64,000 nucleotides of DNA, taken from assembly GCA_002269645.1 (NCBI GenBank), contig NIVC01002954.1, forward strand, positions 23,441 to 87,440, in the 5' to 3' direction. A program made the position numbers and the translations under genes. This DNA is from Macrostomum lignano. Its lineage: Eukaryota. Positions within the stretch are counted from its first letter, which is position 1. Every line of letters starts with the position of its first letter. Shown piece by piece: positions 57,201 to 64,000 of the stretch. The notes below the pieces were generated by a model that ran no database searches, was not told where the DNA came from, and saw nothing but the letters and a program-made list of their open reading frames with translations.

Positions 57201-57696
57201 CCATGCCAACCCTCTCCAACCCTCACAGATCAACGCGGCCCTGGAGCAGGTGGCCGGATTCTCGGACACTGACCGATTCTCCAGCCCGCTGCTGATGCCC
57301 TACGCCTGGCTGAACGAGAGCGGCGGCATCGGCGTCGAGGCGGCGGCCAGATTCCGCGGCCGAGTACTTCAACCGCTGCGCCTGTCGAGCCTGATCTCCT
57401 GGCTGCTGCTGGCCGCGGGCCTGGCGCTGCTCATCCTGTGCTGCGTCGTCTGCAGCCTGGAGATTCGACTGCGAGTGGCCGACCGAATCCGAGCTGCCAG
57501 AAGGCAGGAGCAGCCGCTGGAGTCGATGAACAGCAGCGACTTGGCCGACCTGTACTCGGAGGAGTCCAAGTTGAAACTTCGAACCGGCGATGACGCTGGG
57601 CAGCTGGATAAAGTGGAGAAGCCGAAAACTGGTGCCGATATTGAAGAGCGGCTGCTGAAAGATGCGCCAGCCCTGCCTGAGACTGACATTGTGTGA
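53219..57696 (+). CDS. CD36/SCARB scavenger receptor paralog 2, 4 exons, ~570 aa, long C-terminal cytoplasmic tail
   Basis: Exons 53219-53500, 54280-54615, 54866-55492, 57229-57696 (1713 nt, all phase 0). [50 protein letters not shown], two TM segments. Confidence 0.9.
53750..54237. repeat. (GACA)n microsatellite in CD36-2 intron 1
   Basis: Contains one GACACTAA variant at ~53899. Confidence 0.96.
55580..57220. repeat. ~38-bp minisatellite (CTCTCATTGGCCAGCCTGTCCCTCCCTAACCCTGCCCGG) split by the FkbM fragment
   Basis: Units at 55580-55925 and 56937-57220 on both sides of the insert. Confidence 0.88.
55925..56936 (-). pseudogene. 5'-truncated copy of an FkbM-family methyltransferase (C-terminal ~184 codons plus 3' UTR) inside intron 3 of CD36 paralog 2
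   Basis: Near-identical to ~62025-62889. ORF 56385-56933 ([15 protein letters not shown]) is intact but begins abruptly at [10 protein letters not shown], where it abuts the intronic minisatellite. Confidence 0.88.
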
Positions 57697-57774
57697 CAGC
57701 TGGGGCCTCGGTTCTACTGGATGTGCTCTGACTGACTGACAGCTGATTCGGGGTTCAATAGGTGATTTCCAGGT

Positions 57775-58520
57775 TGACCCCTGTAGCTGTCTTCTCTAAC
57801 AGGTGAGCTCCAGGTGACCCCTGTAGCTGTCTTCTCTAACAGGTGAGCTCCAGGTGACCCCTGTAGCTGTCTTCTCTAACAGGTGATTTCCAGGTGACCC
57901 CTGTAGCTGTCTTCTCTAACAGGTGAGCTCCAGGTGACCCCTGTAGCTGTCTTCTCTAACAGGTGAGCTCCAGGTGACCCCTGTAGCTGTCTTCTCTAAC
58001 AGGTGATTTCCAGGTGACCCCTGTAGCTGTCTTCTCTAACAGGTGATTTCCAGGTGACCCCTGTAGCTGTCTTCTCTAACAGGTGATTTCCAGGTGACCC
58101 CTGTAGCTGTCTTCTCTAACAGGTGAGCTCCAGGTGACCCCTGTAGCTGTCTTCTCTAACAGGTGAGCTCCAGGTGACCCCTGTAGCTGTCTTCTCTAAC
58201 AGGTGAGCTCCAGGTGACCCCTGTAGCTGTCTTCTCTAACAGGTGATTTCCAGGTGACCCCTGTAGCTGTCTTCTCTAACAGGTGAGCTCCAGGTGACCC
58301 CTGTAGCTGTCTTCTCTAACAGGTGAGCTCCAGGTGACCCCTGTAGCTGTCTTCTCTAACAGATGATTTCCAGGTGACCCCTGTAGCTGTCTTCTCTAAC
58401 AGGTGATTTCCAGGTGACCCCTGTAGCTGTCTTCTCTAACAGGTGAGCTCCAGGTGACCCCTGTAGCTGTCTTCTCTAACAGGTGATCTCCAGGTGACTC
58501 CTGTATCTGTTTTCTTTAAC
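57775..58520. repeat. 40-bp minisatellite (CAGGTGACCCCTGTAGCTGTCTTCTCTAACAGGTGAGCTC)
   Basis: About 18 near-perfect copies with no unique spacers. Confidence 0.96.
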
Positions 58521-58902
58521 AAGTGAATTCAAGGTTGTCTTAGGTAAATACCAGTCTGATAAATAATCTGAATTTATCCATTATCCAATACAAGCTTAGC
58601 GCCACTTGTAACTTATAGCTGAATCTGATTCCAACATGCCATCAGACTTTTGTGAAACTTCTTAACAGGTACAAACAATAAACTGTAAAATGACATGATT
58701 ATCGATTGCATGAATTATAGTAAAATTAATTAGACAGTACGTACGAGTACATATTGTACTGTATATTATTATATTTAAAACTAGGGAATTATCATTACAA
58801 GCGATCTTGCAGTTGAATTCACTGTACACTAAAATATACTGCTTTATGTACTTCATTTTACTATTTACCTCTAAATGCAATCTGTGGCCAAGAGATGCCT
58901 TG

Positions 58903-58963
<61 letters not shown>

Positions 58964-58966
58964 TAG

Positions 58967-59031
<65 letters not shown>

Positions 59032-59034
59032 TAG

Positions 59035-59071
<37 letters not shown>

Positions 59072-59074
59072 TAG

Positions 59075-59129
<55 letters not shown>

Positions 59130-59130
59130 C
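58903..59130. repeat. (TGTC)n microsatellite with TTAGTGTC variants
   Basis: Reverse complement of the GACA/GACACTAA arrays. Confidence 0.96.
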
Positions 59131-59612
59131 CATTTGCTAATTGAACCTAAAGGAGTCGTGGCGCGTTTTGTCTCTTTTGTTTATTACGAGTAATTGGATC
59201 ACCAGCAATCCCTATTAATTTGGATACGAAATGCTGTGTATGATCAAGACTTCAACATTAGGAGAAAGGGAGGGAGTCAATGTACTTCCTATGCTGCTGC
59301 CAGTAGCGAAGAAAGCATATTGGTGCAGTTTAACAAAGGCAGAAGAGAAACGTTGAAAGGAACGGGGTCAAGCCAAAAGGCAGACAAGAATGATTAGAAT
59401 AGTATAGATAAAATAGAATAGAATATAGTAGAATTAATAGAATAGAATGGATCAGAGTAGAATATTTTTGGGTAGAATAGAAAAGAATAGATTAGAAGAC
59501 GAGTATATTGAATTAAATTGAATGTGAAAAATAACACCGAATTTTTTTGAGTTTCCGGGTTTCAATTTTAAGCAGTTGGTCAGCGTTCGTCTAGCACAGA
59601 CGCTGGGGTCAT

Positions 59613-61340
59613 GTGATGATGTGCCAGCGGCCCAGGCTCGATTCCAAGTGCAGTCACACAGTAGGAATGCCAAGCCATTTTTCCGCCCGTCGAACTACCA
59701 AGAGGGGGAAAATTCCCCCCCCCCCTGACAATTTTTTTGCTGCGCCGGAACGGAGCAACGCAGGCACACGAATTTCAAGAACACGGGCTAACTTTTTGTT
59801 GCGCACCTTCTCAAACAAGAATCAAGTCGCCAGCCCTTCGGACCGTCGAGATATTCGACGATTCTGCCAGAAGGTCGGATTTTTCCCATAAGTGCTATAG
59901 TGTATTCAGTACACCCCTGTGCGCCAATTAGCACTGCGCCTCAGTGCAGCCTTGTCAAGTCTCCAAATTTCATCAGCACGTCGAACACATGTGTCTGCAT
60001 CAGCTCTGACTTCGTTGGTTACTGGCCTTCACCCAAGTGGAGCTTCTGGACCCTCAACAGCTGTGGCACCAGGTGACTATGGACACCCTGATGCGGATTT
60101 CTCTAGTTTCGCCGATCAAGCCTCGACAGTGGGCAAGAATCAACCGCCAGACATTCTCAGCTAGTCTCTCAAGCATTCCGTCATCATCCCGACGCCGTCG
60201 GCACCTTCAACAGGTGGCACCCGGGGAGTAAGGACACCTGAGCGTGATTTTTCATCATGCTCTTAACATTTCTGAAGCTCTCAAAATTTTTCAAGCACGG
60301 AAATTTCTATAGTTAAGCTTGAACTCATGTTGCTGTATATTTATATTATTATTACACATACTTTTATGCATACGAGCTACATACATATTTTATTCGAAAA
60401 GCTGTTTAGTTTATTCAACTATAATATTGAACCCAATTTTTATGCAGAAAGGGTTATGCTTTTAAGAAGCCAGTAAATTCAGTCGGTTTTTTCATTTTTA
60501 ATGATTCAGAAATGTTAAGAGCATGATGAAAAATCACGCTCAGGTGTCCTTACTCCCCTGGTGCCACCTGTTGAAGGTGCCGACGGCGTCGGGGTGATGG
60601 CTGAATGCTTGACTGACTTGCTGAGGATGTTCAGTAGTTGAGGTTTGCCCATTATTGAAGCTTGATAAGAAAAACCTGACATATTTGCAACAGGGATGTC
60701 CATAGTCACCTGGTGTAATCTGTTGAAGGAGCCGACGGCGTCGGGATGATGACGGAATGCTTGACTGACTAGCTGAGAATGTCTGGCGGTTGATTCTTGC
60801 CCACTGTCGAGGCTTGATCGGCGAAACTAGAGAAATCCGCATCAGGTGTCCATAGTCACCTGTGCCACAGCTGTTGAGGGTCCAGAAGCTCCACTTGGGT
60901 GAAGGCTAGTGACCAACGAAGTCAGAACTGAGGCAGACACATGTGTTCGACGTGCTGATGAAATTTGGAGACTTGGCAAGGCTGCACTGAGGCGCAGTGC
61001 TAATTGGCGCACAGGGGTGTACTGAATACACTGGCGCTTATGGGAAAAATCCGACCTTCTGGCAGAATCGTCGAATATCTCGACAGTCCGAAGGGCTGGC
61101 GACTTGATTCTTGTTTGAGAAGGTGCGCAACAAAAAGTTAGCCCGTGTTCTTGAAATTCGTGTGCCTGCGTTGCTCCGTTCCGGCGCAGCGAAAAAAATT
61201 GTCAGGGGGGGGGAATTTCGCCCCCCCCCTCTTGGTAGTTCTACTGTTAATCCGGGGCTAAATTGGAATCTCGTCTTGGCTCTGCTCCTGCAACTACAGC
61301 CTTGAGACCCAACCCTGACGATAAATAAAGTGATCACGCG
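59613..61340 (+). mobile_element. Degenerate SINE copy split by the foldback element
   Basis: 59613-59658 (GTGCCAGCGGCCCAGGCTCGATTCCAAGTGCAGTCACA) and 61247-61340 (TTAATCCGGGGCTAAATTGGAATCTCG...) join to match the intact SINE at 41940-42050. Confidence 0.75.
59659..61246. mobile_element. Foldback-type TIR element with ~600-bp inverted arms and CAGTAG...CTACTG termini
   Basis: Left arm 59659-60276 is the reverse complement of right arm 60505-61246, which has one extra ~150-bp internal subrepeat. AT-rich spacer 60277-60504. No coding capacity recognised. Confidence 0.88.
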
Positions 61341-61344
61341 CTGT

Positions 61345-61980
61345 GCAAGTCAGGCATACATTTATAAAATTAGTAAAACAAACACTTTCTACTTTCAGTT
61401 AAGTAGCAAAGAATGCATAACGCTATTTTATGGCTGAAATGACTGGTAAGTTTATCTATGGAAGCCAAGCTTGCAGGCGTAAACAACTTGCTAATTAGTT
61501 CAGCAATAATGTACTCGTACATTAGTGAGTCAGCTGAAATGTACATGGTTGGAATTTTAGGCGTAATTCTGAGAAAGGCAATAAATTTGGGGCGGGCGGG
61601 GGTGGTGTGGAAAGGCGCCGTTAGAGGGTTAAAGCTGAGTGGTAAGAGCCAATAAATGAGCCTTGGCTTTAAAAGTACATTAAAATGCTTGATTAAAATT
61701 TACTACTGAACTGAAAATATGTCTTGTAATGTAAGTGTTATGTCTTGTAATCCTGTGCTTTATGTTTGCGCTGCAATACGAGTAGCTTCGTGCCGACGAC
61801 TTGCTTAGAGAGAAGACACACTCGGCGGAAGGCAATAAGGTCGCAGTCATAGACATAAATGAATGGGGCAATAACAGGGAAACGCTAATCCGCAAAGTAC
61901 GGGTATGAGCTACAAGTATTAGGTGCATTTACAATACACTTCAGTTTGTTTACACGCAAATGTGCTAAATGGCCCATCCG
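61345..61980. mobile_element. Diverged copy of the MITE at 42264-42681
   Basis: Shared blocks TCAGGCATA, CTTTCTACTTTCAGTT, CCAAGCTTGCAGGCGTAAACAACTTGCTAATT, GGTAAGAGCCAATAAATGAGCCTTG, TACTACTGAACTGAAA, and the end GCTAAATGGCCCATC. Extra sequence at ~61720-61945. Confidence 0.7.
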
Positions 61981-62338
61981 CATGTAGTTATTCCAATATC
62001 TGTGGTTTCGAGTGAATAAACACAATAAATCCATATACGAGTATTGAGATATTGGACTTTAGATTGTATTGCCAATAGTTTAGGAAGATATCAATGTAAA
62101 TATTCAAAAAATATAATCTAGTTAGCTAAATTAATTTTCTTATCTTTATTAGCTGTTAGTAGATACGAACCAAGTCAAAAATGAGTAAAAATCACAAAAC
62201 TATATTCTTCAGCGATCAACGCACTTATAAAAAATCAGACATTTTATGACTACAAAACACGCATAAAGATGGTCTACAAAGCTGGCATATATGGCTCATA
62301 ACACACGCCTTTCAGTGAAACAGATTTGAAATAGCTAC

Positions 62339-63534
62339 TCAATTTAAGTTAACAATACCGCCTGCATCCTCGAAGTTGTTGTGCACCCAAACAAGGTCAT
62401 CTCCCTGATACCCTGTGTGGCTGATGTTGATCAACTTCGTCAGATTGTTCATGCTCCTCGGCTGTAGCGCCTCTCAGCGAAGAAGCTGATCATGAACTGG
62501 CGCTCCTCCTCGCTCATGTGCTTCCTCAGCCACTCCATGTGCACCACGGAATCGTGAAGGTGTCGAAAAGCTTCTGCGCGCTCTTGAAGAACTCGCCTTC
62601 GCCTCCTTCGATGTCGACCTTCAACACGACCAGCTTGGTGTCGATGAGCGGCACGATGGAGTCCGCGGTGGCCGACATCACCGGGATCGTGTCGACGACG
62701 GCCCTGCCGAACTTGGTGGCGCCGCCCATATTGCAGTCCTCCGGGAAGTTCAGGTACATGAGCGACACCTGCCTGCTGACGAAGTTCCACAGCAGCTGCA
62801 GCTTGTGAGGCGAATTGGCCGCCTCGGCTGACAGCTTGATTCGAATCAGGTTGCGGATGTTCGCGTCCAGCGCGATGACGGGCACTCCGAGATCGAGGAC
62901 CGACAGGCTGAACACGCCGATGTTCGAGCCGACGTCCACGAAGGTGACGGGCGACTTGGCGGCCAGCTTGCGAATGATTCGCTGCATGGTGCGGACGTTC
63001 CGCTCTTCGAAGATGTGCGAGCCGTGAATTGTAGCGAGATGTAGTCGGTACTGGAGTAGACGAAGCTGGTGACGTTTTTCTGGTGAGGGGGCTTCTGATG
63101 TATGTCTGAAGGCTTCCAGCTCTGACGCCTTCAATGAGCACCTGCGGCAGGTGCTGCTTGAGTCGGCACAGTGGAAACGCGCTGTCCACGATGGTGTAGG
63201 CGGCGACACCTTCGCAGATGCTCTCGCTGATGGACTTGTGCAGGAAGTTGACGCCGCGGAGCTCTCGATAGCGTCACACATTTTTTCTGGCAGCGGTCTG
63301 TGAATGACCGCGGGATGCTCGATTGGTAGGATTTCTGCAGTGCCGGTTGGTTCAAGGCGTTGGCCTCAGATTCTGTCCTGCGATATTCGCGTACTGCACT
63401 CTGTGGTTTTGCTGCCACGGCTTGTCTTGTGACGAACTGAGTCTGCTGCTGCGGCTTCTGTGATATATTTCACTCAGAATCCAGATAAACATCGCCATCA
63501 ATAAAATGACAAGTGCAGTTTTCGAACAATTCAT
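62339..63534 (-). CDS. FkbM-family (Methyltransf_21-like) SAM-dependent methyltransferase with N-terminal signal anchor; ~7 single-base deletions in this sequence (~400 aa if repaired)
   Basis: ATG at 63534 (MNCSKTALVILLMAMFIWILSEI) follows a 5'-UTR splice acceptor at ~63551. SAM-binding motif FVDVGSNIGVFSL, plus [14 protein letters not shown] and HMEW. Stop at 62339-62341. Frameshifts at ~62460 and ~62548 are confirmed against the intronic copy; others are inferred at ~63030, ~63090, ~63273 and two near 63355-63400. Confidence 0.78.
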
Positions 63535-64000
63535 TGTTCCTGCTCGTACCTGCAATGTAAGTGATTTTTTGATTTACTTTTTATTGGCATTTATATATTC
63601 AGATTGTGAACTGCATAAGCTAAGCGTCTTCTGACAGTTGGCTCATCGTCATGTGTATGCATGCAGGTGCAAATTGTTAATCGAACAGCTTACCTGATAA
63701 ATGAACTGATAAATTCGCGCTGTCTATAATTTTGTTACTTAATCTCAGCATATGATTTACCTGCGTTGCCTGTTATATATGATGTTCTATAACTATGAAA
63801 CTAAACTGTTTGCAATGGTTGCACAGCTGATGGTAGAATTAGCGAAAACTGAAGGCTCCAAGGCCACAAAACAAATACCGAGAACTTACTGTTTGTTTTG
63901 TCAATTCAAAGGGTCATCGACATTGAGCGAACGTCATTAAGTAAATCAAGCAGGTAAAACACTCAATAAGCAGTGTTGTTTGCACTCGACCGGATTGCTT

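Noticed and set aside
57775-58520. 40-bp near-perfect repeats resembling a CRISPR array (likewise 12700-13058 and 24980-25390)
   Set aside because: The units are head-to-tail with no unique spacers, there are no cas genes, and the context is eukaryotic.
63971-64000. CAGTGTTG at the window end as the left TIR of a third hAT-like element
   Set aside because: The partner TIR would lie outside the window, and an 8-bp match alone is insufficient.

Overview
This is eukaryotic (metazoan) genomic DNA, not prokaryotic. Nearly every intron and intergenic gap carries its own minisatellite, an architecture resembling the flatworm Macrostomum; the organism is my inference only. By hand-splicing GT/GC-AG exons I reconstructed four protein-coding genes with continuous reading frames. 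They are an 18-exon type IV (zeta/iota-like) diacylglycerol kinase (1276-21064, +, ~948 aa, ending with no ankyrin repeats), a 2-exon SUN-domain LINC protein (35375-39398, +, ~1002 aa), and two tandem CD36/SCARB-family scavenger receptors (43335-48520 and 53219-57696, +) that share no intron positions. A fifth gene, an FkbM-family methyltransferase with an N-terminal signal anchor (62339-63534, -), carries about 7 single-base deletions that look like long-read errors. A 5'-truncated copy of its 3' half sits inside a minisatellite in intron 3 of the second CD36 gene. Mobile DNA includes a complete MULE with a 10-bp TSD and a transposase ORF, two hAT-like non-autonomous elements with 8-bp TSDs (each with a nested TIR element), a tRNA-derived SINE family, a TA-flanked MITE, and a 1.6-kb foldback element inserted into a SINE with no visible TSD. 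Most ORFs in the supplied track are translations of tandem repeats and are not genes. No CRISPR array, rRNA or bona fide tRNA was found.
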